In this document: positions 50,501 through 64,000 of the stretch, one piece after another | How the letters are laid out: every line of letters begins with the position of its first letter | Position numbering within the stretch: the stretch's first letter is position 1 | Source of the DNA: Ptychomitrium polyphyllum | Lineage: Eukaryota | Direction of reading: 5' to 3' | NCBI GenBank assembly: GCA_973851085.1 | Contig: OZ316776.1 | Span: forward strand, 2,418,001 to 2,482,000 | DNA: 64,000 nt | Position numbers and translations under genes: made by a program | Notes under the pieces: generated by a model | Database searches by the model: none | What the model was told of the DNA's origin: nothing | The model's input: the letters and a program-made list of their open reading frames with translations, nothing else

Positions 50501-51548
50501 GACGTACATAATGACTACAGGATGGGCAGGGTTTCCACTCGAAATCCTGCAGTTTAGTGTCCTTGCCTTAAATTACGGCAAACGTCATATGGTTGACAGA
50601 TCCCGACCGCTTCTTACTGATGCTTGGTCACTGCAATACTACCGACAAGTGCCCAATATTCTTTTATTCATTTTATTGGGTATTACTTATTCCATCATCA
50701 CACCTTTGCTGCTGCCCTTTCTCCTTGTCTACTTCATACTTGGGTACATCGTATTTCGAAACCAGGTACCATTCGCTACTATCATTATCATTTCATTAGT
50801 TGGGAAACATTTCAAGCGCGCTTGCAGGAATGTTTAGTACGAATAGCTATCGGCGTTGATGAAGAGCTCTCGATAAAGAATATGTAGTGGCCATTAAAAT
50901 GATTTTTGTTTCAAGGAAATTGGTCTCTCTGCAGATATTGCACGTCTACGAACCTGCCTACGAGACAGGAGGGCAGTTTTGGCCACACATCCATGTCCGG
51001 ATTATTGCCTCTTTAGTTTTCTTGCAAATTTGCTTCATCGGTGTCTTCACAGTGAAGGGTCTTGGTACAGGAACCTTCTTTGTTATTCCTTTACCTATCC
51101 TTACACTCATCTTCAACGAACATTGTAGGCAGCGATTCTTTCCTGCATTCAGACACTTCAATATGGAGGTACACTCATCTCTCTTTCTTGGATCCCTTAT
51201 TTGGTGTGTTTGTGTACTGGTATTAGGTTATTCAGGCAGAAAATTTGAAGTTTTGCAAGGAGATTTTAGAGCGCATCATGAAGATTTTGAGAGGTCGAGT
51301 ACATTCGTGGTTATTGTAAGCTCTATGGGATTGTCTGATGTGATAATTCTGATGTTTTTCTGTTAATGTATTTGGAGCAGTCTACCGTGAAGAAAGATCA
51401 AGCGGATGCTCGGAAAGGTTTGCAGGAGGACTTGAGAGACACGATACGAACAGCATACTTACATCCTGCCCTAAGACCTATCAGCATGGAAGACACAGGG
51501 AAACCCAGTGCTGAAAGTCTCCTTCCCTCAACGTCAAAAGCAGTGTAA
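47537..51548 (+). CDS. OSCA/CSC1-like (TMEM63/ERD4 family) calcium-permeable channel, 10 exons (47537-47823, 48297-48455, 48565-48628, 48807-49019, 49208-49402, 49643-49947, 50085-50364, 50487-50765, 50935-51168, 51381-51548)
   Basis: LATSAGIN, GLDAVVFLRIF, QFSVLVRSIP, AAFVSFKTRW, WVTEWAPEPRDVDW, AYFFMTYI, YETGGQFWP and AYLHPAL motifs. Confidence 0.95.
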
Positions 51549-54500
51549 ACACTTCTACATTCCCTCATAAGTTTGAAATGTGCATTGCACAAAGTTTTAT
51601 AGTTGTGACAAGACAAGCGTTTAGGAGCTTATAGGTGAAGATTCTTCATTGTTGAATGGAAAGTTGGATAAAACTAGTTGTCTTATAAATTGTACTCTAT
51701 TCGTAGTAAGGTATTTTGAGTCACCATTTAGAGAACCAGTTTGGTCATCATTATATTTGATACTAACAGCGCCATTTTAGAGGTTTGTACTAAGCAAGGC
51801 AGAAACATCTGCAGGAAGACTTAGGATTTCCCTAGCTAGACTACACATGTGTACACTAGCATTTGCTGTATAGATGGTATTTTGCTATGAGCGTTTGCTT
51901 TAAATTTGTAACAACGTGTTGTCTATAAAATTGTTCATGTTGGTAAATGCAGACTCACATCTGGTTTGTAACATTCAAGGATGCAGTTTAGAGATGCTCA
52001 TGTTGTGTGTTTTCTTATTGCACTCCTCAATTTATCTGTTCATGGTTGCGCTTTTTCTGAGTATTATAATCCATATGGTGATAAAACCATTATTCCTGAT
52101 AATAACCACTTGAACATTCGACTTCGGTTAGAACTTAGGAAACTGTGTATTCTAGCAGCCAAATGACCGTCGTATGCAGTATTTTTACAGAAGTTTTATA
52201 AACTTAAGTGGTGTTCGTTGAATATAGAGGATACTCTGCATGCTGGAGTGTGTACAAGTTATCACATTCATCTGAAGATCTTATATATGAAAACAGATGT
52301 GAAATCATAGTCCTAGCTCATTCCTTTTCAATATCCTTTGAATGAACATATTCAAAATTCATAACTTTTAATAGCTTCATTATTTGGACGGAACTTTTGT
52401 GCAGAATATATCCAGCAAGCAAATCAGCGGGCCAGCCTAATGGACATTCATAGCTACCAGGCAGATGTGCACGGTGGGTATGATGTACCTGTTTTGCCAA
52501 AATGTATTGTAAGAACTATCGTATTAGGATTACGCGGGCTCTAACTTAATTGAAGAAAGGAGCCACGAATTTTATTCCGAACAATTTCGTGTAAATGGTG
52601 TTGAGAGAAGCCTTGCATGGGATGAAGCTTTATACATACGGACGCCTTTTGCAAGCTATATACATCAGCCAGGCCTAAGAGGACGCCTGGATTGCAACAG
52701 CTTTTGGTAGTTAGGTAGACATACTGTTTAGTGTTGGTAGGAGGTGATTCATGAGAATAGTCCACATCACCCGGGTATTCAAATGATTGATGTGACTGGC
52801 AGTCAACCGGTATGGTGTGTATGCCACAGTGGAAGATTCAATAAAAACTCTCCTCAATTCGGCAGCAACAAGGCAACAGCTTTCATTTCCCAACTTGAAT
52901 TCCATCCTTTCATTTCTAGGCCAACCGTGTAATTTCCCACCAAGACATCTGGTCTACATGAACAATGATCCAGTCTGGCTCTGCACAAGACCAAGTGACC
53001 CCATATCATTCAGTTTGTATTCCGTTATGCTCTGAAAACACTATAGCACGATGCACCAGTCAAAAGAAGCTAACTTGCCTGTCAATGATCGAACCAAAGC
53101 TGAATCTGTGGGGTCCACATTGAGGTGATACAAATTCATGAAATGCTATTTGCGTGGCCATCGGAAAGGCAGGAGCACTGGAGGAAGGCGAGGATTCCGA
53201 AACAAACAAGAATATCTTATTCTTGGTGAAGTCGGGGATACTGTGGAGTGAGTGGCATTATTGTCACAGTAACCGATCACGATCGACAGTCAGCCCAACG
53301 TGACAGACTGCTACTGCAGCAGTACGGTGCACGGAAAGCGGTGATTTGCCGTTGTTTTCTTTTGTCGACGCTGAGTAATTAGGTGGTGATAAGCGAGGAA
53401 ACTCGATTCTTGGAAATCGACCAATTAGTGCGCAATTAGTTAGTGGAATCTTTTATATACTGCTGGTCATATTCTGCAAGTCAGAACGAAGGGCCCAAGG
53501 AGAGCGTCGACAACGACTTGGTCGCGAATTGAGTCGCAGGGCACTGTCCGGAGAGATAAGTACACACATCGTTGTAGATTATGATGCAGAATAGTGGCAA
53601 TGGTAGTTCGGAGTCTGGAGTATGGCCCTTTAAAGCAAAATTTAAAGCAGTAGATCGATCGCGCACTCTTGTCTCTGTCTCTCTCTTAGTGAGGGACGTT
53701 CTTTTGCAGTGAGCTTGGCTCCGCGATCGCAACTACACCGCCCTGATCTGAGGCTCAGGTACCGTGCGCTTTCAGAACCCCATCCCACTTCTTGCAGTCT
53801 GATTTTGCCTTCTGCTTTGCTCGTGCTCATTCTCGTCGTCGCGTGGTTAAGGGATATCGTAGGAGTATCTCAGCTGAAGATCGACCTGTATGCCTTGATC
53901 TGTCCAATTCGGTTTCGTACTGGTTCACAACTTAGTGTAGATTCCACTTCCGAATGTCGAGAGAAAGCTTAGAGTTTTCCATCTCGAGTTCGCTGTTGCT
54001 GCAGGTCAATGAAATCATAGGCGAATCGAAATCATCGTGTCGGCATAATTATAGATGCGAGGGTTGTTTTTTGGATGTTTTCGCTCCTGAAGTTGAGTTG
54101 TGCATACTCTTCCTTTTTTTTGCACACTGCACTATTCTCATTGTCGACCTGTTTGTAAATTTGCCCTGTGTACATAGCTCAGCAAAGCACTTTATTTTTG
54201 CACATGAGATTGCTGTATATTACAAATGAACCTTGTTAATTTCAATTGTAAATAACCTGTCGGTTTTGATGGTTCTCTGAAATGCTGGCAGTTGCTTCCC
54301 TTTCAATACCAAATAATCAATATGTGAATTCCGCTTCTTTGTAGTGTTTATCCCTTGTTCGCTTCCATAATGATCTCTTTAGGCTGAGATTCATGTGCTT
54401 CAACTTGATTGTTTCAGAAAACTCTCACCGCTTCAAGATTGCATCCAATCTACTCATCTATTGTGTGATCGTGTGACGTTCTTGGAAGGGACGTACAGCT

Positions 54501-54868
54501 AAGAGACTCGTAAAACTCTCTACAACTGCTGCTCCAAAATTCCTCACAATACCATTACGATTGCTGTCTTTACAGGAACTATAACCAACTCCAGCAGCGT
54601 GCTTCGAATCGTTGGACAAGCACATGTGACACACTTCACGTGTCTGCACAAATTTTGCCAGAGGCTCGTTCTCGAAACGTCTCAAGCTTTAGAACTCAAG
54701 GAATTAGCGAAGCAGCTGCTGTAGAGATGGACCAACATCGACGTTACTCTGTTTCATAATAGAAAAGTTGATCTAACAGGTGACGAACTTAATTTGGGGC
54801 CAGCTATATTAGGGCTTGGTGAAGCAGAGGAGATAAGGCAAAAGAAGTGTTGGCTAAGAAGGTTCATC

Positions 54869-56227
54869 ATGATGAGAGACGATCATGCGAAGAAGACGTC
54901 CGCTTGGCGAAGCTTGTCCTTACTTAAAGGTCGACATCTGCAGAAGACGTTTCATAATTTGCGGGTGACCATCTTCTGTGGCTTTGTAACAATCCTGGTC
55001 CTGCGGGGAACCCTTGGCACTGGCACCAGCTTTCAGTCACAGATTCCGATCAAGGATCGCATTCCCCAAAATGTGGACATGATGCCCCGTCGTGTCCTCA
55101 GCGTAAAGAAAGAACTCTTGCTGGAGGAAAGTAAGGAGATCAAGCAGCCAGAGTCAAGTGATGCAGGAAGCTATACATTAGGGCCCCATGTTAGCAACTG
55201 GGACGAGCAACGCGCGCTGTGGCTCCAGAGGAATCCCAGCATGACGAAGAACAACCAAGGCACGGATCGGATCCTGCTGGTCACGGGATCCCAACCTAAG
55301 CCCTGCGAGAACCCGGTAGGCGACTACCTCCTCCTGAAGAGCCTCAAGAATAAACTGGACTACTGCCGATTGCATGACATCGATATCTTCTACAACCTGG
55401 CGCACTTGGACCACGAGATGGCAGGGTTTTGGGCGAAGCTGCCGTTGCTGCGCAACCTTATGCTAACGCACCCTGAGGTCGAATGGATTTGGTGGATGGA
55501 CTCAGACGCCATGTTTACCGACATGCTCTTCGAGCTCCCCATGGAGAAGTACAAGGACGTGAACATGGTGCTGCACGGCTACGACGAGATGGTGTACAAT
55601 CAGAAGAGCTGGGTAGGGCTCAACACGGGCAGCTTTTTGTTCCGAAATTGTCAGTGGTCTCTGGATCTTTTGGACGCTTGGGCGCCCATGGGTCCCAAGG
55701 GGCCGGTGCGAGTGGAAGCTGGTAAGGTGCTCACGGCGACGCTGGCGGGGCGCCCGGCATTCGAGGCAGATGATCAGAGCGCGCTTATATACTTGCTGAC
55801 GACTCAGAAGCAGCGGTGGGCGAGCAAGGTGTTTCTGGAGAGTCAGTACTACCTGCATGGCTACTGGGTCATCCTGGTAGAGCGCTACGAGGAGATGATG
55901 GCTAAGAACCATCCGGGTAAAGGGGATGATACCTGGCCCTTCGTGACACATTTTGTGGGCTGCAAGCCGTGTGGCAGTTTTGGTGTGGACTACGCAGCAG
56001 AGCGCTGCATCAAGCAGATGGAACGTGCCTTCAACTTCGGTGACAACCAGATTCTAGAGCATTACGGATTCCAGCACCAAACGCTGAGCACCCACAAGGT
56101 GCGACGTCTTCGTAATGAGACCGCCGATCCTCTTGGTCTCGGCCTCACCATGCCCGTCACGCTTCCTGCCTCCCACTCTGACTCCACAGTCCGGCTTCCA
56201 GCGAATAACCTCAAAGCTTCGACTTAA
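54869..56227 (+). CDS. XXT: Glycosyltransferase family 34, xyloglucan 6-xylosyltransferase (XXT-like), single coding exon
   Basis: Type II membrane anchor VTIFCGFVTILVLRG, plus LLVTGSQP..C.NPVGD, FWAKLPL, WWMDSDAMFTD, EADDQSAL and WPFVTHFVGCKPC. Confidence 0.95.
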   Translation: MMRDDHAKKTSAWRSLSLLKGRHLQKTFHNLRVTIFCGFVTILVLRGTLGTGTSFQSQIPIKDRIPQNVDMMPRRVLSVKKELLLEESKEIKQPESSDAGSYTLGPHVSNWDEQRALWLQRNPSMTKNNQGTDRILLVTGSQPKPCENPVGDYLLLKSLKNKLDYCRLHDIDIFYNLAHLDHEMAGFWAKLPLLRNLMLTHPEVEWIWWMDSDAMFTDMLFELPMEKYKDVNMVLHGYDEMVYNQKSWVGLNTGSFLFRNCQWSLDLLDAWAPMGPKGPVRVEAGKVLTATLAGRPAFEADDQSALIYLLTTQKQRWASKVFLESQYYLHGYWVILVERYEEMMAKNHPGKGDDTWPFVTHFVGCKPCGSFGVDYAAERCIKQMERAFNFGDNQILEHYGFQHQTLSTHKVRRLRNETADPLGLGLTMPVTLPASHSDSTVRLPANNLKAST

Positions 56228-57030
56228 AATTTCAACCAAGTTAACGTAGATAACAGTCTTAAACAAATCTAATTCTATCCTCCTTCGATCACAGAATGTT
56301 GCATACATTGGATCACATTCGAGACGCCCAGTCACATTCTTTAAGCTTCATCCTTTTAAATTTTGAAGCGCTTTGAACATGACCACTATGTTTCGTCTTG
56401 CTTCCAGATGAATTCGGCACTCTCTGATTATGTTGCTACAACGGTCCCCGCTGCAATATGTTCCTCGCTTTTATCTCGCTCCCTTTACTATCCTATGTTT
56501 TGATGACCTGTAATATGAAGATGCTGACTCATTGTAATCCTCCAGCTCGGTAAATATAAGTCCACCTGGCAAATGTACACAAAAATAGCTCGTACTGTTC
56601 ACCAAAAAGAGCTCAGTTTCATCATCAACAAGAGGATATTACTAGTAAATCCAGTTTCATTTAATGCTACCACTCATGAATCTACCCGTGGTAACAAGGT
56701 GAACCAGTCATCTAACCAACCATTTAAGGACCTAAGAGCGCTCCTTTCAGAAGGATGGATCACACAAGGGTGCAGTTCATCCTAACATGAGGCAAAAATA
56801 AAGTAAAGAGAGTTGTACATTCTTCTAGATAGTTTAAAACTCTACTTGGCAGTAAGTTCCCAGAACAGACACCTATAATTCAATCTTCTCTGTTCCTCAA
56901 AGCTAGAAAATTCTAAAATCGAAGATATAATAGCGTAATAAATATTTCTTTACTCACCAGTGATATTTACCCCAAAAATCAGCTTCAAACGCCCCTAAAA
57001 ATTTGGCAACTTCACAAACTTCGTCACAAC

Positions 57031-60000
57031 CTACCCAAGCAGGGCAAGCAGTCTTTGTAACATCGTGGTGCAAGTTTGGGGTTCAGTCAGTGGTCCACAC
57101 ATGAGGTACACAACGTTCCCTAACGGTCTAGTATAAATGCCTTCATGTCGAAGACCTTCCACAAGACCTTTCGAAAGCATTGAGGCATACCTGCAACGAC
57201 ATTTCATGCTCACGCTTAAAAATGATTCTGCCTCCAAAACCCACTTGTCAATGCTAACAGGATCTTAATCGAAACATGGAGAAAGGTATACTCTTTGGTT
57301 TTGCACATTTATTTTCGCGAAACCGATCTAGTGAGGTTGACAGAAGAAGATTAGATTAGTAAGAGGCTCAACAACTCTAGAGGAGACAAAATAATTGCCC
57401 TTTCAGGTGCAGTTTAAAGATAATTGAAATTAATAATCACATAAAATTCTCAACGTAATACTTTTATCCCTTTTAGTGCTATTAAAGAATCGAGTGTACG
57501 TACCCTGCTTCTGCTCCATTAGCACGGAGCTCCAGAGCGAAAATTGTTCCAATCGACACCACTCTTTCAACTGAAGTATGTGATGATATTGTTGACACTA
57601 ACTCAGGACTCCATAACTGTCATACAAACTCTTGTCAGTCCAGGGAACCATAATACATGACAAGTACACCACTCTAACTTAAGAAAGTAACAGACACGAG
57701 GATTGCAGCAAAGGAAACTCATTCAGCAGGTGCTGCAAAACGGCTTCTGCGCGAAACTTTCTGATAAGTATAAACTGGGAAGAACGTTAAGCGATGGGGT
57801 GTTCACCTCTCTCAAACGACGCCCATCGGGTAACAGGTTTGGATTCCTTAAAGGATCAGAAAAATGTTGGAGAGACAATACGGCGCTTGCACAGCCAACA
57901 GCATGGGCTGTATATGAGTGGCCATGTAAGAGCGCATCTAACTGTGACCCCACAAAGCCCCACACATTGAATGTAGTCAACACGTGTATACCACTCAATT
58001 CTTAATTCATTCAGTGAAGGTGCTCTTTTGATGCATAGGTAGACACTTATTGCACATACAAATACAAAGGATTTGATATACAACTGATCCAGGGACGTTC
58101 TAGCAGGTCTAAACTGGCAAACATAAAACATGAAGAACACGAGGTTTTCAATGATTTGAAGGTCACCTTGGAGATACCACGGAAAGCCTCAAAGACGGGC
58201 TGAGTGGCAAGCGTTGCAGCCAGAGGTACTAAACCCCCCGTCAGCAGCTTCGAATAGCATGCTATGTCAGGAGTGCAACCCAGTAGATCTGTAGCAGACT
58301 GGTAGTAACAACATAAAGCAGTATAAGATAAAGTTTCCTTTAACCATTGCATAAATTGCACGCTGTAAACCAAGTCTCTACATTGATGATTGATGTATAA
58401 GCAGATAACAGTCCCACAAAGAACAAAGATCGCTGCAGCTTATGGCCAGAGGTATTGAACAGCGGCTGAATGAGGACATAGCATGACAATACACAAACCT
58501 CAGCACCAAAACGCCAGCAACCAGAAAGGACTTCGTCGAATATTATTGGGATACGACGACGGCGACATTCATTAACAAGTATCCGCTGGAACAAGGGATC
58601 TATCATATCCATTCCTCCAGCTCCGTGAAGCACTGCCTCAGGAAACATACCATAATGAAACATCAGAACGGATATTCCATGACTAAGAAACTGAAATATC
58701 AGAGCTTACGAGCTCTATGACATACGTCAAACAAGTGAAAACTGTTGGAACTTTGACATGGTTCAAAGAAAGTACTAAGGTCAATGACATTTGTCAAACA
58801 GCCCCACGAACGAGGCAATCGAGCATCACTTGACCCACCAGGTTCTATAATTAATGCAGCTAGTGAGGTGTACTCTTCGCTGGCTGCTGAAGCAAGTTGC
58901 TGGTCAATACACTTGCTGTAGAGGTTGGCCAGATATGTGGAGTCTCGACACGCATCAAAAACCTCGTCCCTGGATCTCCAGCCTGCTTTCACAAGCAAAT
59001 TAGGTGCTATTGGTACCACTGTTGTTTGTAGACATTATTCTGTAATAGCAATTATCCGTATCTTAGTCTTGCAGCATAACATATCCCCATTTCATCGCCA
59101 AGCATTGTGTACTAAGCGAGATAAATATAGGCAAAGTTGTGTATACATACTGGAAACAGAAGCAGAAGCAGACGAATCATTATCGTGATAGAGATCTGGA
59201 AGTTGCAAAAGCCAACAACCGTGTCGTTGAAAGACGGTAGGTGGCTCAAGGAAAAATCCCCTCCCTCTATGCCTGTTACCAGCAAAAATGCCAAAGCGTT
59301 ATATGCAGCTTTTTTACTGCAACAAACGTGCAACTAAAAACAATGTGCAACGCCATGGGTCATAAATGGGTTAATTAGTCTACAATACACCATGCATAAA
59401 TCCAAGTCGACCATTACGGATAGGACAACAAGGTGTAAGGAAAAACTCGAAATCAGGTCTTTATTAGCATTGGTCTCTAACAGAAGGGGAGGCAGAATTG
59501 ATTGGATCTTCTAATATGAAAGGTCGAGTAAGACTTCCATATCTGCTACATTCTACGAAATCTCGATGAATTGAAAGAAAGATCATCCTACAAATAAATA
59601 ATAAGTTGCATAGATCCGTTTCTAACAAACAAAACTACGAGCTGCTTAACAAGATTATCCACCACTGTCAAACGTTAACATGTTTTCAACAAACTCCAAT
59701 CGCGAATAAGACATACCATGGTTGTTGCTTAAAACCTGTGTAAACAGACGGCGCTTGTGCTTCCATAGCACCTAGTGTGTCCCCATGATATGACCCTTTC
59801 AAAGCCACAACCTGTCTTGGATAAAACATGTCTTACATAAGTCCAATGGTGGCCTTTTAAGCTTCCACTCTTAATGAATATTTGCAAGATGTTCTAAGGA
59901 CTTCTCATAATCATACAGAATGCATTAAATAGTTTGCGAGAAACAACAAAGAGATAATCATACCTTCAGCTGCTCCTGTTTACCACCATCGCTAGAGGGA

Positions 60001-62809
60001 TCGCCAAGGCCATGGTCAACGACGTATTTTCGAAAAGCCATTTTAATGGCAACTTCTATAGACGTCGCCCCATTATCCGAGAAAAAAACCCGATCTGCCC
60101 ATCCTGTTCATAAATGCAATCGCATACAAAACATAAAGCAGGTGTTTGAATGACATAAAGTCGTAAGAGACAAATTCAAGTACAAACTTAAAACACTGCG
60201 TGCTTAGGAAGATGGATAATAAACAAAGTCAGGTATGCACATAAATGAAACTCATAATTGTGCTCAAAAGATAAAATAGTTACCTTGGCCTACACCTCCA
60301 AGAAGAAGTTCAGCACACCGTAAGGCAGGCTCATGAACGTTCTCAGGAAACATGACGTGACCATACCTTCCCGCAGTGTGAGCTATTTCTCTTGCTAACT
60401 CAGACTGTAGACAACCAGCAAACCATTTTTCGGTCACCGGAGAGATCTCTGAGTAGAAATTCATGTTATACCTCATAGGAGGATCCAAAAGGAAGGATAG
60501 ACTTGAAGGTTAATACAATAGGAATCTGCATCAATATATCACCTGCAAAGTAGTATCCGGGCCTTGAGTCCACCAGCTTGCACATGCGTCAAATTGCTGC
60601 GTGATCACCTTGCTCGCTGAGATACTGTCAGCCTGTCTACCATGGAGGAATTGCACCCATCATTTCAACTTTCGTCTTCCATATGTAGTCGATAGGAGAA
60701 ACGAATGTATGTAAAGAGTTCCGAATGATTCAGTCGCAGCAATCAAGGTAAAATTAGATTGATTCATAGTAAATTTCACCTTGTAGACAGAAAAGTTCTC
60801 CCCTGATCTTGAATCAATAAGTGTAATTGAATCTTGGGCAACTAGGTCATGTTGTGTGAAGGGCCACCACAAAATATCGCTTGCTTTTTTAGGCATCTCC
60901 TCCAGCCTCCTAAGTCTCTTGAAGTGCGCATTTTCCAAAACATCCCTCAACTCAAGAAACTTTCCTTCCGCGAGGGCAAACCATTTCTCAAGGCTTTCGT
61001 TCGGATCTTCAGGTAGAGGAGGAAGAACAAGGACTGGCGTCCTAAGTATAAACAAAACAAACAATCACGCCAATTTACCCTCCAACTTTCTCTGTGCTCA
61101 GCACGGCTGGACAGGAAAAATTGCAAAACAGAAAAGTTCTGATATCATTTTTTTATTAATGCAGAGGAATGACGATAATCTTACTTATGCCGCAGGTACT
61201 GCAGCAAAGGCTCCTCATTGCTCAACCCTGAATCCACGATAACAATGGCAGGGACATCGTAACCACGTGAGCGCAGGCTCTCATAGGCTGCAATGGTGTT
61301 TGAAATACCTCCCAACTTCCCGTCTCCGACAAGTATACCGGGAAACCTAAGTGATCTGTACCAAGAGCACCGTCAATTCAACTAAAGCCTATGGTACGCA
61401 GTCAAACGATTTCTCTAAACCCACAGAAAAGCACCAGATGATCCAATCCCCATACTCTAAGATACACACTCAAAATATGGATGAATTGCATTTATTGGTT
61501 GCGGGATCTATTGCAATACACAGCTATCAACAACATCGTTATGACAGAAGGCCTGACATGCACCTGTACAAATCACACTGCAGAGTTCCAGATGGTCCAG
61601 GACTAGCAACCCCGCCCGCCGTTTCCAAAATTGCCCACTTTTCAGCCCAATCACCACCCGCGTCCTCCATGTCTCCATTTTTCTCTCCTCCGCTGCTATT
61701 GCTGAGGGCCACAAGCAATCCTTGAACAGACTCAATCACCAAAGAGTCAGGCACTGCTGAGCCTTCCCTCGCAACTGCTAGATGAGGCGAAATAGGGTCG
61801 TGCCATGCCCACATTGTCTTACAAGTGAAACGTGATTGTATTGACCGTCGCCCCTTTTCGTGGACAACTCCATTTGTGGATTCTAATGCCTCCGGACTTC
61901 TAGTTTCGACGCCCTGGAGTAGCTGTGACTCGTAGCTGCAGAAGTCTTTCATTCCTGCAGAAGCCGTAATTGAAGAGGCTTCATTAGGTTAAGCTACGCA
62001 ATTCTCCTTGCAATTTCTTCACTCATGGAATTCAAGCTGAGTTTGAGAGCAGTAAACTCAAAGACATCAAAACTCTGCCCGGCGGCAATGTCAGAATAGA
62101 AGAAAATTCTCCGGTTTCAAGCCTTCTCAAGCATACCTGTAGACACATCGTCTCTACTCCGTGCAAAATTACGACGCGCTACGACATCAGTCGTGCGAAC
62201 AGAATTCAGAACAGCAGGTGAAACTTGCAGCGTGTGATTACACAAAAATAGCCCCTCCGAGATGGCCTCAGGACGCAGTCGACCAACTCGTGAAACCTCC
62301 TGGTAGACATACTGCGCATCCGAATCAGACGGAAATCCTGTCTGCACAGGCTTCAGGTACAGCAAGTCCTTGGTCCTCCGCGCGCCAGACTGACAAATAA
62401 TGGCGGAACATAATCCTAGTAATCAATCGCACATATAAGCAGACAGCACAAGAATCCATTTCCCAGAAACGCAGCGCCAAGCTCCAAAAAGTCGACGAGG
62501 CAAACTGCGATACAGAACGCACTGGAAATTGCAGAGCGAAAGCTCGCTCGCTCACTCACCTGCGGAGATCAAAGTCTTGCCGACTCCCGTGTTGCTTCCC
62601 CACACCATATAGGTCGGGTGCGAGACGTCCACGGCCCCGCCCGCCTCCGCCAAACCCCTGCATTCCTCGACATGATCTTCCCGAGCTACATTGCTCGCTT
62701 CCGTGGTACAGAAGCGGCTCAAACTCCACCAAATCGGCGTCGCTGCAAGAGACGACTGAATGCGTCTGGCGCCAAGTCCGTAACGGCATCGGGGCATGAC
62801 GGCCACCAT
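57031..62809 (-). CDS. BIO3-BIO1: Bifunctional dethiobiotin synthetase / 7,8-diaminopelargonic acid aminotransferase, multi-exon, with N-terminal transit peptide
   Basis: WGSNTGVGKT P-loop, YLKPVQTG, ETAGGVASP and GGISNTIAAYE (BioD part). WWPFTQH, DACASWW, SDNGATSIEVA, GSYHGDT, IFDEV, SKLLTGG, HGHSY and RPLGNV (BioA part). Start could alternatively be 62797. Confidence 0.95.
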
Positions 62810-64000
62810 GGTGGTAACGGCGATGGCTAGAGCTCTCACACCATCTCAGCAGCGACGGACGACAATGAGCTCCTCCAGGCGAACTCACACTCGAAGGCCA
62901 GCAACGAGTCCGGTGCAGCTAAAACGGTGCAATTTTGGATTGAGACTCTACCTATATTTAGGTGAAGCTGCTGTTATAACCACAAGATACCCTCCCTCTA
63001 CCCTTCTTAACCTCTGTCGTATCATGGTTATACCCTTCTGTGACTCGCATGATACTCAGGCACGCACTCGCGGAGCTCGCGTTGTGCGCTCGACGACGCC
63101 TTCGTTGACTCTCCGTCACGACGTCACCATTTTAGGCCATTTTACGGTATGTTGATTTCATATAATAACGAAGAACACTCTTAGACATTATAAGTTTCTT
63201 TGGTCAGCCTGGAGGTTACCCTAGGATAAAAGAGGGCAGCGCCCAAAGATTCTTAACTAACTGACAAACACTTGAAATATTTGAATCTAGATAACATATT
63301 TTACAATATATTGTAAATCATTTTTTTTTATGTGATTCAACAAAAAAAAAAAATATGATTTATTAGTAATTGTAGATGTTGCTACATTTATGGATAGACA
63401 TACTTTGGTATTTAGAGAATATTATGATTCTTGAATTTTGTATTGCTTACATTTATATACTTTAAATAAATTTGTAAATATTTGCACTAAAATGATTCTT
63501 AATATGAATAATTTAATTCATAAAATAGAGTTATTTGCAATTTATCTAGCCAGCCTTTTTTTTTTTAACTTATGAATTCGAATAAATTAAAACATAAATT
63601 TTAACAAATTTTTTAGCGTCTTTCATATCAACAACTTAAAGGAAGCAATCCTTATTCTAATTAAATTATCTTACTAATTTTTGACCATCACAATAAATTG
63701 CTATTCTAAAAAAATTAGTATAAAATCTAAATGAATGTATTTAATAAAATCTAATAATTACAAGCATGTAATTAATTGTTTTAAATTTTCTTGTACTTCA
63801 AATTATTGTATAATGAAATATCATTCATTTCTTTAGAAAAAGAATTATAAAAAATCCATTTCATAGTTATATATGTCTATTTTTTTATTAATCCATGTTA
63901 TACTACAAATTTAAATAGATGCTTCTTTTACATCTTTTCCATGTATTTATATATTTTTACATTGTATAAAACTTTATATTCTATTATTTTGTAGATAATT

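Noticed and set aside
51900..53050. Fragments resembling a secreted-protein pseudogene (signal-peptide-like ORF at 51981)
   Set aside because: Could not be assembled into a gene model or assigned to a family.
54794..54868. TTG start for the GT34 gene, and likewise the GTG starts at 18066 and 62839
   Set aside because: Non-ATG starts come from the ORF caller. Downstream ATGs fit the protein families.

Overview
Eukaryotic plant nuclear DNA with GT-AG introns and AT-rich intergenic blocks. The gene families and the chromovirus type point to a moss/bryophyte (inference). Intact genes: a small secreted Val/Leu/Lys-rich protein, eIF2B beta, an F-box protein, an intronless IQD-like protein, a class I SAM-dependent methyltransferase-like gene, a three-SapB prosaposin-like gene, an OSCA/CSC1 channel, a GT34 xyloglucan xylosyltransferase and the fused biotin gene BIO3-BIO1. 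A complete but decayed Ty3/gypsy chromovirus (7747-15526, ATCAC target-site duplication) lies near a 25-copy 18-bp minisatellite. The 21.5-38.3 kb block is full of relics: a duplicated IQD 3' end, the N- and C-halves of a protein kinase on opposite strands about 15 kb apart, and a 2OG-dioxygenase pseudogene. The most notable candidate is about 5.7 kb (roughly 23.0-28.7 kb) carrying colinear, degraded motifs resembling the L polymerase of a non-segmented negative-strand RNA virus, a possible endogenous viral element. That call was made by eye and needs a homology search.
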